64,000 bases of DNA from an uncultured Gammaproteobacteria bacterium (lineage in GTDB: Bacteria; Patescibacteriota; Microgenomatia; Levybacterales; UBA12049): assembly GCA_964610465.1 (NCBI GenBank), contig CAZSWA010000003.1, positions 6,245 through 70,244 on the forward strand. The letters run 5' to 3'. Below, piece by piece: positions 1 to 10,375 of the stretch; within the stretch, counting starts at the first letter, position 1; each line of letters opens with the position of its first letter. Under the pieces are notes generated by a model. It saw only the letters and a list, made by a program, of their open reading frames with translations, did not search any database and was not told the origin of the DNA. The position numbers were made by a program, and so were the translations under genes.

Positions 1-1
1 A

Positions 2-367
2 ATTGAATGGACTGATGGATCTATTCCGCCAGGACAAAGAGATGACTTTTTGTTTCAAGCACAAGTTCCAGCAAAAGCAACCACACTTAACTGGAAAGCT
101 TATCAGACATATTCTGATGGTAGTGTCGTAGCGTGGAATCATGACCCAAAGTTATCCAAAGGTCCAGACGATGACTCAGCACCACCACCATATTCAACTA
201 CCAAAGTAATAAATGATCTTACGGGTTCCCAAAATGAACTTACTATGACAAATACCAGTACAATGCCGAATAATTCCCAAAACATGAATTTCCCGCTTGA
301 ATTAAGTATCATTGCACTTGCTTTATCAGTTGTCTCACTTGGAATAATTCTTCGAAAAAGAGGTTAA
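2..367 (+). CDS. YcnI/DUF1775-like membrane-anchored protein, 5'-truncated by the window edge
   Basis: Frame is open from base 2 (IEWTDGSIPPGQRDDFLFQAQVP...WKAYQTYSDGSVVAW), resembling the YcnI C-terminal motif; C-terminal TM helix with basic tail. Confidence 0.7.
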   Translation: MEWTDGSIPPGQRDDFLFQAQVPAKATTLNWKAYQTYSDGSVVAWNHDPKLSKGPDDDSAPPPYSTTKVINDLTGSQNELTMTNTSTMPNNSQNMNFPLELSIIALALSVVSLGIILRKRG

Positions 368-451
368 CAAGGTATATGGATGTTTGGATATAATCCAGCT
401 ACCAGTTTTTTTAAAAAACTCTAGAATTCTTATGTAATTGCCGTCTTTAGT

Positions 452-775
452 TCACTCATCAAGAATAAATGTTCTGCCTAGAGTGAGCTTTTTTTCAAGT
501 TGTCTTCGCTGTATTCTTGCTATTCGTTCTTTTTTCTTTTCCTGCTCTCTATATATTCGTTGTGCATATGACCCTTGTGGTACATAATATTTGCTAAACT
601 CATTAATTGCTTCAAGCTTATTAGATTTTCTAATTTGAGTCTGAGGCGGAGCTTCAAAAATCTGTTTTTCTTCTGGATTGATTTGAGGCTCAACTAGTTT
701 AAGATGAGACCTACTTCGTTCTGTTTTCCCAAGAATATCTCTACCCACTGAGGGTATCAGTTCTGGAATTGCCAT
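452..775 (-). CDS. Hypothetical protein (ORFan)
   Basis: 107 aa ORF; TATAAT a few nt upstream of ATG; no recognisable motif. Confidence 0.55.
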   Translation of the reverse strand: MAIPELIPSVGRDILGKTERSRSHLKLVEPQINPEEKQIFEAPPQTQIRKSNKLEAINEFSKYYVPQGSYAQRIYREQEKKKERIARIQRRQLEKKLTLGRTFILDE

Positions 776-838
776 ATACTTATTATAGAGGTAGATTTTA
801 TAAATACAATATACTATCTCAGCTATAAAAATCTTTTT

Positions 839-1123
839 TTACGCAGTTTTTTTGAGCTGCAGGCCTCTACGGTTGCTTCTTCTTTTACGGTTCTCTTCTG
901 CTCGTTCTTCTCTTTCTTTTATTATCTTGTCTTTTTTGTCTTTTGCTTCTTTTATGTCTTTATCAACCTCTTTTTGACATGCTGGATTGGGACAGATATA
1001 GTTAGTATGCTCAACTCTCATTTTCTTTCCTGAAAAGGTAGGTATCCACTCTACCCAGGTTTTTGATGCAACTCTTTCCTGCCCACAATTTACACAAGGA
1101 TTAATAGACTTAACTGTATTCAT
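839..1123 (-). CDS. Small zinc-ribbon protein with basic coiled-coil tail
   Basis: CVNC...CPNPAC, then a K/R/E-rich helix. Confidence 0.6.
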   Translation of the reverse strand: MNTVKSINPCVNCGQERVASKTWVEWIPTFSGKKMRVEHTNYICPNPACQKEVDKDIKEAKDKKDKIIKEREERAEENRKRRSNRRGLQLKKTA

Positions 1124-1158
1124 ATATCTATAAATTCTTTTAAGCTTAACGCTTAGAT

Positions 1159-1458
1159 TTAATATCTATTTCTTTTTGATTGATAAGTATTACCTCTATT
1201 TGGTCTATCTTCTTGAGGTATTGCTTCTTTGACAACGATAGTACGATTACTAAACATGGTATTATTTAATGTATCCATTGCCTTTTTTGCTTCCTCTTCT
1301 GACGCCATTTCAACAAATCCAAAGCCTTTCCCTTGACCGGAATATCTATCTGTAATAACTTTTGCTGAAACTACACTACCAGCTTGTGAAAAATACTCTT
1401 GGAGCTGAGAATCAGTAACACTATATGCGAGACCGCCTACGAATAATTTATTTGACAT
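1159..1458 (-). CDS. RNA-binding protein (single RRM, Rbp-like)
   Basis: RNP2 KLFVGGL and RNP1 KGFGFVEM; strong SD AGGAGG. Confidence 0.92.
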   Translation of the reverse strand: MSNKLFVGGLAYSVTDSQLQEYFSQAGSVVSAKVITDRYSGQGKGFGFVEMASEEEAKKAMDTLNNTMFSNRTIVVKEAIPQEDRPNRGNTYQSKRNRY

Positions 1459-1624
1459 TTTCCATTCCTCCTTTCCTGAAAAATATAATTAATGGAATAA
1501 ATCGGCTTAAGAAAGATGCAGATATGGTTAGAGGAAAAGACATAGTTTTATTTATATCTTTCACTTTACTAACAAAAATCAATTCAGTATTAAGCAGATA
1601 TATTCCTTCAATCTGCTAATATAT

Positions 1625-1653
1625 AGTATACCAGAATAGTAAGTATAAAGCAA
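1625..1653 (-). promoter_or_regulatory. Sigma70-type promoter for the RRM gene
   Basis: TTGCTT-17bp-TATACT on the minus strand, implying a ~160 nt 5' UTR. Confidence 0.55.
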
Positions 1654-1721
1654 AAATAACGTACTGTTCGAGCGTAATGAAATGAAGTCCCAAACTAAAA
1701 TTAGAAATAATTACAGCATCT

Positions 1722-2021
1722 TTATCTTTCACTTCTCCAAAGAGATTTATCAAGAAACGCTAGGATTGCCTGTTTTGCTTCATTTGCCGTTTTGTAGTCT
1801 CCTTTATTTTCAATTGTTTCAATCTTTCTTTTGGAAATCTGTTCTATGCCATATACGACATGTACTTTATATCTGCCAATTCCATTGTGCAGTTTTCTGG
1901 CAATTGAAATAGCCTTTTGTGGACTTACGGCTCTGTAGGATTTTTTGTTGATGGAAATATAGGTTTTTGGTATTTTTACTCTCTTCCCGATTCTTTTTTT
2001 CACTTTCCTAATCCTTCTCAT
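1722..2021 (-). CDS. Hypothetical basic protein
   Basis: ORF track 1722..2081; start moved to ATG 2021 behind SD-like AAAGGTGG. Confidence 0.55.
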   Translation of the reverse strand: MRRIRKVKKRIGKRVKIPKTYISINKKSYRAVSPQKAISIARKLHNGIGRYKVHVVYGIEQISKRKIETIENKGDYKTANEAKQAILAFLDKSLWRSER

Positions 2022-2087
2022 CCAAACCACCTTTCTTCTCCAATTAGTAAGGATTGTAGCACAAATTAGCCACAAAACCAAGCTAAG

Positions 2088-3779
2088 CTATTTTATTTTA
2101 CGGTTTAGAAAATAGGAATTAAGAAAGAAAAATACCATAAAGAAAAATGTAAAAAATGAAATATCCTCTGCCATAGTCCTCACAAGTGTGTTGGCAAATT
2201 TTACCTCAACTGTATGCTTTCCTTTTGGAATTTGTATTGTCATGGACCCATCTTTGGTTCGTTGGACTGCAGCTGGTATTTTATCAATTTTTGCAGACCA
2301 ACCAGGAAAATATGCTGTTTGTAATAAAACTTTCGCATCATTGGTAACTGAAACAGTAAATATATAATAAGTTGGTATAAATTGTACATCAGAAATTTGG
2401 GCTAGTCCTTTTATAATTTGGATTTTGGAGCTTTCTTTCTTCATAGGTACTGACTTTATCCAAATGGTATTAAATACATTCCCCGGGCTATTGGTTCCAT
2501 CAATAAAATTTGAGCGGGTCGTGTAATATGTATCTTGTCTATAGAGATAATGATCAGGTTTATTGTATCCAAGGCACAAAAAAATACATCCTATGACCAT
2601 AACAGCAATCAGGATTTTTGATTTTAGCGTGTATGCATTGCCTTTCCTTTGGCACAAGATATAGCAGACACTTGCTGCCAGAAAAGAGCAAATGAGTATC
2701 TCAAGACTTAAAAGTCTCCAGGGAAACTGAAAATAATGCATAAGAGGAACACTTTGCCAGATTGAATATGATGATGGCAGCATTAGAGAAAATACGACAA
2801 GAAATGCAATCAAAAAAAAGAAAGAGATTCTAAAAAGTATATTTTTTCTTCTGAAAAGGATAATCGTTGTAATAATACTTGCAAGAAATATCAAGAGATT
2901 GGCAACTCCTATTTGTACAGACATTTCGTCAGATAGAGTGATTCCAAAAATTCCAGAACCCCAGGATGGAAATAGCAGCTGATATAAATCAGGGAAATTA
3001 TTTCGTAAATCAAACACTTGTAATCCTTTCACATATCCTGTTTCCAAAAGCGCAGGCAGCCAAAAGATTGCAGACAAGGCAAGACCTAAAAGAATAACTA
3101 TCCCTGAAATTGCTAAACCTTTTATTATGTCTTTTGTCTGAAAAATTAAAAATATGATATAAAAAAGTGTGAAAATAAAAAAGACAAGACCCAAGATGTT
3201 GTGTGAAAAAATAATAAGTGCGAGAAGTCCAGCTGACGGAAAAAGATAGAGCTTATTTTTTTTAAAAAACAGTTTTGTAATGGTATATAAAAAGGCAGGA
3301 AATAATGCAAGCGCCCATACCTCGCCTACCGAACCTCTGATATATGTATCAACAAAAAAATAAGGTGAAAAGGTATAAAATACCGCGCCAACAAATCCAG
3401 CTGCATCGTCAAAAAATTCTCTTGTCCAAAAATAAAAACTTATTCCGGCTATAAAGAAAGCCACAAACATATTGAGTTTAAAAGCATCAATAAAACTTAC
3501 CCCAAACACATGAAGAAATGCTGCAAAATAATTTGGAAATGGATAAACATAATTAAAAAGCGGAATACCATATCCTGCATTAAAATCAGCTGCCCATCTA
3601 GGATACCAGTCACCAGCCGATAATGTTTTATAAAATTCATAAAACCTTAACACATGATACTCACCGTCATGTGTTGGCATCATACCAGCATGGAGTAAAG
3701 CAAAAGATGCAAAGAGAATAATTGGCAAAAGAAGCAGCAAATAGATATGCTTAAAAAGTAATTTGAATACGCTCATCAT
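2088..3779 (-). CDS. GT-C-type polytopic membrane protein (PTPS-related/YfhO-like)
   Basis: THDGEYH, YPRWA...GYGIPLFNY, QFPWR, YFPGW motifs; many TM helices. Confidence 0.8.
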   Translation of the reverse strand: MMSVFKLLFKHIYLLLLLPIILFASFALLHAGMMPTHDGEYHVLRFYEFYKTLSAGDWYPRWAADFNAGYGIPLFNYVYPFPNYFAAFLHVFGVSFIDAFKLNMFVAFFIAGISFYFWTREFFDDAAGFVGAVFYTFSPYFFVDTYIRGSVGEVWALALFPAFLYTITKLFFKKNKLYLFPSAGLLALIIFSHNILGLVFFIFTLFYIIFLIFQTKDIIKGLAISGIVILLGLALSAIFWLPALLETGYVKGLQVFDLRNNFPDLYQLLFPSWGSGIFGITLSDEMSVQIGVANLLIFLASIITTIILFRRKNILFRISFFFLIAFLVVFSLMLPSSYSIWQSVPLMHYFQFPWRLLSLEILICSFLAASVCYILCQRKGNAYTLKSKILIAVMVIGCIFLCLGYNKPDHYLYRQDTYYTTRSNFIDGTNSPGNVFNTIWIKSVPMKKESSKIQIIKGLAQISDVQFIPTYYIFTVSVTNDAKVLLQTAYFPGWSAKIDKIPAAVQRTKDGSMTIQIPKGKHTVEVKFANTLVRTMAEDISFFTFFFMVFFFLNSYFLNRKIK

Positions 3780-4011
3780 TTATGTTTATAGTAGCATATT
3801 TTGGGCAATTTTGGGGTGTAACAAAAATATATCTCATCCGTTATATAATATAGCTGTTTTTATCTATAACTTTACCTCCGCTTTTGTGGTAGAATTATAA
3901 ATTGTTTCTGAGGAATTTATCTTCGTAATTTTCCTTCTGTAATAATTTACTGTTTAGGAATAATTATTCATTCACGAATCTCGAATTTATCTTGCTATAT
4001 CATGAATTATA

Positions 4012-6030
4012 TTGTATATGCGAATAAGTAAATATACTTTTTTGTTTTGGGATTTTATAAACCTCTCTATTCTTCTACTCATTTCTCTTTTTCTCATTTC
4101 TTTCTATTTTAAAGCACATTATATACAAACAAATTATCCTGATTGGATAGTGCATGCTTTTAGAATAAAACTAATAAAAGAGTATGGATTAACTTCTTGG
4201 ACTCATATGTGGTCAAATGGTATTAGCATTTGGAGATCGTATCAATTTATCCCACATTATATTACAATTGGAATCTCTGATATTTTTCACGTAGATGTAT
4301 TACGTGGTATGGTGCTCACTACAATCACTTGCTTCATTTTGTTTCATATGGTTACGTACTGCATATTACGATTATTACAATTTTCTCAACTTGCATCCTT
4401 TATATGTGCCATATTAACATTTGATATTGCTCAGTATTGGGGAGGGTTAAGTGATTATTCTCTCCTGTTTGCATTTACTTTTTTTCCACTTTATTTATTT
4501 CTTTTTGTGAAATATTATCAGGGGAAAATCGGTTTATTATTTCCTTATATAATAGGACTTGGATTCTACATACATCCGCTTTTGGCAGTATACTCAACTG
4601 TACTTTGGATAACAGCGCTTGTTTTTTCTCGCAGGAAACTTCTTAGTATCACAACCTTTACTCAAATTATTGTTTTTCTTGCAGCTTCTACATTATTTTG
4701 GTTTCCATTAATTTTTAAAGGTTCTTATGCCTATTCTTCGAGTACATTTGCAACTGAAGACTTTCTGAAAATGGTGATTAACGGTTATAGTTATCTTGGA
4801 TTAAGTATATTTCTTTTTGTTGCTTTAGCTATCACTGCATTTAGAATGTTTGCTCCTTTACCCAAAAAATTTATCTGGGCGAAGACCTTATTTATTTATA
4901 TAACTACATTCTTAGTATTAATTATAATTGGAATAAATGCCTCTCTCCCAAAATTTATTGACCAGTTTCAATATACAAGAGGTGTTACTATGATCGGTAT
5001 AGCAATTATCTTTACGTTTGCGACCTTTCTTGATTCCTATATATATAAATCTATTTTATTAAAAACTCTTGCTATTTTTTTCTCATCACTTGTTTTAGTA
5101 GAAGGACTTTGGTTTACAAGTATTTATTCACCACAACCAGCAAAAGATAATCTTGAAAGTCCTATTCCACAATTTTTGAAAATAAGTAATGCAGTAAAGA
5201 ATAACAGTGGGCGTTTATGGGTACCAAATATTGATATTTCAAGCTTTATGGCATTAAAAAGTATGCAATTCCCCTATTCATATATGGAACATCTTGAATC
5301 AAACCAAATTCCACCTCGGATATATTCACTTATTCTTTACAGTCCTTTTCTTGATAATATTCCTTCTTCTAATATAAGTCGTATTGATGATTATTTTAAA
5401 ATTACGGGAACGAAGTATGCGATATTTGATGAATTATCACCATTTACTACTGCCTTTAAAGTATATGCAAATCCACAGTATATTGATTTAGGTAAAATAG
5501 AATTACCCCATCAAATCTATCATGTCTTTGAAGCGCCATGGGAATTGCGAAACGCAGTACTTATCAATTCTCAGTATCAAAAAGATATGATGCATTTCCC
5601 ATTCAATCTGGAATTAAGTGATGTGAATGATCAAATTGCACTTGATGATTATGTCAAAAATTTTGATAATGTACTTTACCAGAGCAATAATGTACCCCTT
5701 AGTATTAATTACCCGACTCAGGATTCTATTGAAGTCAAAATTCCAGACAAGAGAAAATCCAATATGGTGTATATAAATGAAAGTTATGATGCATCATGGA
5801 AAGCAATTTTTGATAATAAAGTCCAAAGTATAAAACCAGCAGGACCAAATTATATGCTGGTTACTCTTAACTCTCTCAATAATGGCGGTATTCTGATACT
5901 TAAGCATTACTGGCCGTTATCATTTTATGTCTCTATTTATTTTATTCTTCTTATCCCTATCCTTCTTGCTACAACAGCAATTATGAATAAAATATTGTAC
6001 TTTGCCAAAAAGGAGGAGGTCTATGCATAG
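4012..6030 (+). CDS. YfhO-like/GT-C polytopic membrane protein
   Basis: PDWIVH...WTHMWSNG N-terminal loop, ~12 TMs, C-terminal NESYDASWKA; overlaps the start of the next gene. Confidence 0.65.
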   Translation: MYMRISKYTFLFWDFINLSILLLISLFLISFYFKAHYIQTNYPDWIVHAFRIKLIKEYGLTSWTHMWSNGISIWRSYQFIPHYITIGISDIFHVDVLRGMVLTTITCFILFHMVTYCILRLLQFSQLASFICAILTFDIAQYWGGLSDYSLLFAFTFFPLYLFLFVKYYQGKIGLLFPYIIGLGFYIHPLLAVYSTVLWITALVFSRRKLLSITTFTQIIVFLAASTLFWFPLIFKGSYAYSSSTFATEDFLKMVINGYSYLGLSIFLFVALAITAFRMFAPLPKKFIWAKTLFIYITTFLVLIIIGINASLPKFIDQFQYTRGVTMIGIAIIFTFATFLDSYIYKSILLKTLAIFFSSLVLVEGLWFTSIYSPQPAKDNLESPIPQFLKISNAVKNNSGRLWVPNIDISSFMALKSMQFPYSYMEHLESNQIPPRIYSLILYSPFLDNIPSSNISRIDDYFKITGTKYAIFDELSPFTTAFKVYANPQYIDLGKIELPHQIYHVFEAPWELRNAVLINSQYQKDMMHFPFNLELSDVNDQIALDDYVKNFDNVLYQSNNVPLSINYPTQDSIEVKIPDKRKSNMVYINESYDASWKAIFDNKVQSIKPAGPNYMLVTLNSLNNGGILILKHYWPLSFYVSIYFILLIPILLATTAIMNKILYFAKKEEVYA

Positions 6031-7510
6031 GATAAAACCCAATCATATTCCAAATACTGCATTATTATTTATGCTTATTGCGCCGTTTACGATTCTTTTT
6101 TATGCGTCATATGTATTTAATCCTGAAAATGCGGGCAATATCTATCTGTACGCGGTCCAAATACTTGCAGACACTATCGCAATAATCACAATTGGCACAC
6201 TGTGGCTCACAATTCTTCTTGATATTATCCAACCCGAATATCATAAAAGAGATTTAAAGTATCACAAATCATGGCTTGAAGAAGAAAAACCAACAGTAGA
6301 TATCCTGATTCCAGTGGTCGATGAACCGATTGAAATTATCAAAAATACTCTTACCCATGCAACAAAAGTTGAGTATGCTCATAAAATATATATTCTTGAT
6401 GATGGCAATTCGCCAGAAGTCAGAAGACTTGCAGCCGCACTTCATGTAAAATATATTGCACGACCAGAACATAGAAAAAAACATGCCAAATCAGGAAATT
6501 TAAATTATGCACTCAAGGAGTGTACAGGAGAATTTTTTGCAGTATTTGACGCTGACCATGCTCCAAAAAAAGATTTTCTTATTGAAGTTTTGCCATTTTT
6601 TGAAAATGAAAAAGTAGCACTTGTCCAAACTCCGCAGTTTTATATTAACAAAGATAATTTTATCGCGGAAGGCACTTCTGAAGCACAAGAAATATTTTAT
6701 AAATACATTCAACCTGCAAAAAATAGTTATAATGCTACATTTTGTGTAGGTACCAATATGGTCTATAGACGTTCTGCAATTGATGAGATCGGGGGCATCC
6801 CGTTACTTAATCACTCAGAAGATATCTGGGCAACTATTCTTCTTCATGAAAAAAGATATGAATCAGTGTTTTATAATAAAATTTTAGCTGAAGGACGCGC
6901 ACCTGAATCAATTAGCTCTTTTTTCAGACAACAAAATAGATGGGCGCAGGGAGGATTTTCTATGTTTTTTATGCATAACCCGCTATTTATCCCTGATTTA
7001 ACGCTTGATCAAAAATTACAATATCTATTTTCCAATATCCATTATTTTAGCGGTTTTTCAATGCTTATCTACTTGCTTTTACCAATAGTGTATCTTTTAT
7101 TTGGAATTCATCCTATGGATGTGCTTCATAATAATAGCTGGTTAATCCATTACATTCCATACTTTATTACTGTATATTCACTGCCGCTTTTTCTACTCAA
7201 CAAATTTAAAATTTCAACTATTAGTGTGTCGCTTGCGAGTTTTGCTCCTTATCTAAAAGCTTTCATTTCAACAATTCTTAGAAATAATTATAAATGGATA
7301 GCAACAGAATCCAGGAAAAAACAATTTAGTGTTATAATGCTTCAGATATGGCCGCATGTGTTTATTATCACATTATCATTTTTGGGAATACTTGTCGGCT
7401 GGTACAATCCTGTTGATTTTACCACCACACTTGTGACAACATTTTGGGTTTTTATCAATGCGTACTTCTTGTTTATTTTTTTGAAAAATGGAATCCTGGC
7501 AAAAACTTAG
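6023..7510 (+). CDS. Processive GT2 beta-glucan synthase (BcsA/CrdS-like), no PilZ domain
   Basis: LDD, KSGNLN, FDAD, QTPQ, SED, QQNRW (D,D,D,QxxRW); 2 N-terminal and several C-terminal TMs; start moved to ATG behind AGGAGGAGG. Confidence 0.88.
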   Translation: MHRIKPNHIPNTALLFMLIAPFTILFYASYVFNPENAGNIYLYAVQILADTIAIITIGTLWLTILLDIIQPEYHKRDLKYHKSWLEEEKPTVDILIPVVDEPIEIIKNTLTHATKVEYAHKIYILDDGNSPEVRRLAAALHVKYIARPEHRKKHAKSGNLNYALKECTGEFFAVFDADHAPKKDFLIEVLPFFENEKVALVQTPQFYINKDNFIAEGTSEAQEIFYKYIQPAKNSYNATFCVGTNMVYRRSAIDEIGGIPLLNHSEDIWATILLHEKRYESVFYNKILAEGRAPESISSFFRQQNRWAQGGFSMFFMHNPLFIPDLTLDQKLQYLFSNIHYFSGFSMLIYLLLPIVYLLFGIHPMDVLHNNSWLIHYIPYFITVYSLPLFLLNKFKISTISVSLASFAPYLKAFISTILRNNYKWIATESRKKQFSVIMLQIWPHVFIITLSFLGILVGWYNPVDFTTTLVTTFWVFINAYFLFIFLKNGILAKT

Positions 7511-7533
7511 TATAATGAATAAATAGTAATAGT

Positions 7534-8316
7534 ATGAAAAAATTTGCAAGTTTATTTTTAAATTTTATTTTCTTCAGTATTGTGATTCTTCTTGCATTTG
7601 TCATCGCAACAATTGCATTGACAAAAAAAGTCAATGAATATGCACACCGCTATAATCAAAGTATCAAAGGAACAGTAATCAAAGAAACTATTCCAGTCCT
7701 TTCATCAGGAAGCGGAATTGTGAAAAAGATCTATGTCCAAACAGGCCAAGTGGTCAAAAAAGATGACATGTTGATAGAACTTGATAATCAGGTTTTACAA
7801 AATAAAATTGATGTACTCAAACAATATACAGATAATGTCTCAGCCCAAACTGAAGCGCAAATTGCAGAGCAGGAATTGGGAAATCTTAAAATAACTGCAC
7901 CAACTGACGGGATGATAGGAGATATTACTGTTACTGAAGGAACACCTGTTGAAATAACCAATAAATTACTTACGCTTTATTCCAATAAAAATATACGCCT
8001 TTTGGCAGGGTTAACAGTAGATGAATATCAGGCAATTAAAAATATGCAGCAAATCCAAGCCTATGATGAAAGACTCAATCAAAGTTTTTATATTATTCCC
8101 GATATTCTCAATCCCAATGAAAATACTGCAACAGATGTGTCAACCAGTATAACAGAAAAGAAAATCGGATTATTTTTCAAATTTCAGGATCCAAATGATG
8201 CACTCAGTCTTTTAAACGATGAAGATCTAACTCTTGAATTAAACACACAAAATCAAAAAATAAACAAACCAATTGATTACTTTGTCAATTTCTGGAATCA
8301 GTTATTATCAAAGTAA
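7534..8316 (+). CDS. HlyD/membrane-fusion-like adaptor with biotin-lipoyl-like halves
   Basis: N-terminal TM; SGIVKKIYVQTGQVVKKDDMLIELD and ITAPTDGMI...VTEG flanking a short helical hairpin. Confidence 0.78.
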   Translation: MKKFASLFLNFIFFSIVILLAFVIATIALTKKVNEYAHRYNQSIKGTVIKETIPVLSSGSGIVKKIYVQTGQVVKKDDMLIELDNQVLQNKIDVLKQYTDNVSAQTEAQIAEQELGNLKITAPTDGMIGDITVTEGTPVEITNKLLTLYSNKNIRLLAGLTVDEYQAIKNMQQIQAYDERLNQSFYIIPDILNPNENTATDVSTSITEKKIGLFFKFQDPNDALSLLNDEDLTLELNTQNQKINKPIDYFVNFWNQLLSK

Positions 8317-8354
8317 TACAGCAAATAAAACATCGGTAATTAACTTAAAATAAT

Positions 8355-10358
8355 ATGAAAAAATATTTTTTACATATATTGATCTGTGACATCATTGCAG
8401 TAGTCTTTGGAGCTTTTTTCTTTACCCGATTTCTTCCCAATACAAATTCTGTACAAGTAGTCGATTTTAAGGATACTCTCCAGACCACACCAGTATTGTC
8501 ATCAAGCAGTGCAATTATCAATCATTCAATTACTCCTGTAGTATCAAACCAATGGTATAGTTCGATTTATAAAAAATTTCCAACCCAGCCAATTTTTGCC
8601 TTACCACTTGCATATATGCTTTCACCTAATGGAATTTCTTTTTCTTACCCTGATGTAACAGCATCTACCAATACTATCACTGCTCCCTTTAATGAAGACT
8701 TTACAGTAGGATTATCTGACCAGTTTGTAAAACCAAGTATTACCTCAATTGGTGATTGGAATATTGGTATCAGTCTTCTAACCCATACCAATAATTCACT
8801 CTCTTTTATACTCGCTCATGGAGTACCAAGCACTCTGCTTCACGTAAAAGCAAATTCTGTAGTGATTCATTTGCAGGACAATTCCAAAATATATAATCAA
8901 AATAAAACATTAGTTAACTCAAAAACATTCTCTACTGATTCTTTTCTTTTGCAGATACATAATCATAACTACATTCTTGTATTGAATAAAACAAATACTA
9001 TCGCAGTTGATAAAAATACTCTCACTATCGCAAATCCCACAACTCTTTATGTCGGTCTTCTTGATGACAGAAGTCATTATAATAACTTCCTGCAAACAGC
9101 AGATACTGAAATCCTCGGAACTTCGGCAATTCCGACTTTAAGTGACTCAGCACTCAGTGTAAAATATCAATTAGCTACCAACACCGGTAAACAACTTCTT
9201 ATTGCCCTCTATCCTCATCAATATGACACGCTTACTGAAAAAGTAAATGTACTTGGCAAATATGATACTATCCGGGGAAGTCTCAATCTTATAACTGCTG
9301 ATACATTTTCTACATCAATTGCGTTAGTTATGCCACCTGATTCATTTTCCAAATTATCAAGCGCTCATACAGATCTTGTGAATCAAGTAAAAACAGATAT
9401 AGCCGGAGTTTTAAGAAAACCAAAGCCAGATAGCACAGATTATTATCTGGGTACCTGGTTTGGAGAAATTGATAATCTTTTGCTTCTTGCAGATACTTTA
9501 GGATTAACTGAACAGAAAAATGCACTTTTGCAATTTGTAGAACCTATTTTTGTCAAAAGTCTCTCTAATTTCCATTATGATACCAAACAAAATAGTCTTA
9601 TTGCTGATTCTCCTGAATTTGGCAACGAAAAATTAAATGACCATCATTTCCATTATGGGTACTATATTCGTACAGCCTCAGTGCTTGCTAAATTTGACCC
9701 GGCAAGTCTTAGCAAAACCAAAACAATAATTACTAAAATGGTAAATGATATTGCAACTATAGATAGAAATTCAGAAAATTATCCCTATCTTCGCAATTTT
9801 GATGCCTACGAAAGCCACTCCTGGGCTGACGGGTATGCTGACTTTGCAGATGGCAATAATCAGGAGTCTTCATCTGAAGCAATCAACGCCTGGTATGGAA
9901 TGTATTTGTGGAGCAAAGTGACCAATTCCCCAAAACTTGAGCAATACGCTTTATATTTGTACAACTCTGAAATTCTCGGCGCAAAATATTATTGGTTTAA
10001 TAGTACTGGTATTTATGACAAGCCTTACTCACATGCAATTGCTTCTTTAGTTTGGGGAGGCAAAGTAGATTTTGCAACCTGGTTTAGCAATGATACCAAT
10101 ATGAAATATGGTATTCAACTTTTGCCTATTACACCAGCATCTACGTACTTGGGAAGTTTTCAGGATATTGGCAAATATGATAGTGACTATCATGTAAACG
10201 AAGGGGATGAAACAAAATCATGGGGTGATTTATTTACTATCTGGAGGTCATTTTATGATGATAGAAAAGCACTCTCTTTCAAAGATGCAGTAAAGAGTTT
10301 TGATGATAAGAATACGAAGTCAATGCTGCTTTATATACTCTATCTCAATAGTAAATAA
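8355..10358 (+). CDS. GH81 endo-beta-1,3-glucanase, membrane-anchored or secreted
   Basis: NDHHFHYGY, RNFDAYESHSWADG, GNNQESSSEA (catalytic D/E region), GIQLLP; N-terminal hydrophobic anchor. Confidence 0.9.
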   Translation: MKKYFLHILICDIIAVVFGAFFFTRFLPNTNSVQVVDFKDTLQTTPVLSSSSAIINHSITPVVSNQWYSSIYKKFPTQPIFALPLAYMLSPNGISFSYPDVTASTNTITAPFNEDFTVGLSDQFVKPSITSIGDWNIGISLLTHTNNSLSFILAHGVPSTLLHVKANSVVIHLQDNSKIYNQNKTLVNSKTFSTDSFLLQIHNHNYILVLNKTNTIAVDKNTLTIANPTTLYVGLLDDRSHYNNFLQTADTEILGTSAIPTLSDSALSVKYQLATNTGKQLLIALYPHQYDTLTEKVNVLGKYDTIRGSLNLITADTFSTSIALVMPPDSFSKLSSAHTDLVNQVKTDIAGVLRKPKPDSTDYYLGTWFGEIDNLLLLADTLGLTEQKNALLQFVEPIFVKSLSNFHYDTKQNSLIADSPEFGNEKLNDHHFHYGYYIRTASVLAKFDPASLSKTKTIITKMVNDIATIDRNSENYPYLRNFDAYESHSWADGYADFADGNNQESSSEAINAWYGMYLWSKVTNSPKLEQYALYLYNSEILGAKYYWFNSTGIYDKPYSHAIASLVWGGKVDFATWFSNDTNMKYGIQLLPITPASTYLGSFQDIGKYDSDYHVNEGDETKSWGDLFTIWRSFYDDRKALSFKDAVKSFDDKNTKSMLLYILYLNSK

Positions 10359-10375
10359 ACTACTCGACAATATAT

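Noticed and set aside
1425-1912. Plus-strand ORFs 1425..1619 and 1682..1912
   Set aside because: They overlap the RRM leader/promoter and the better-supported minus-strand gene; no coding signal.
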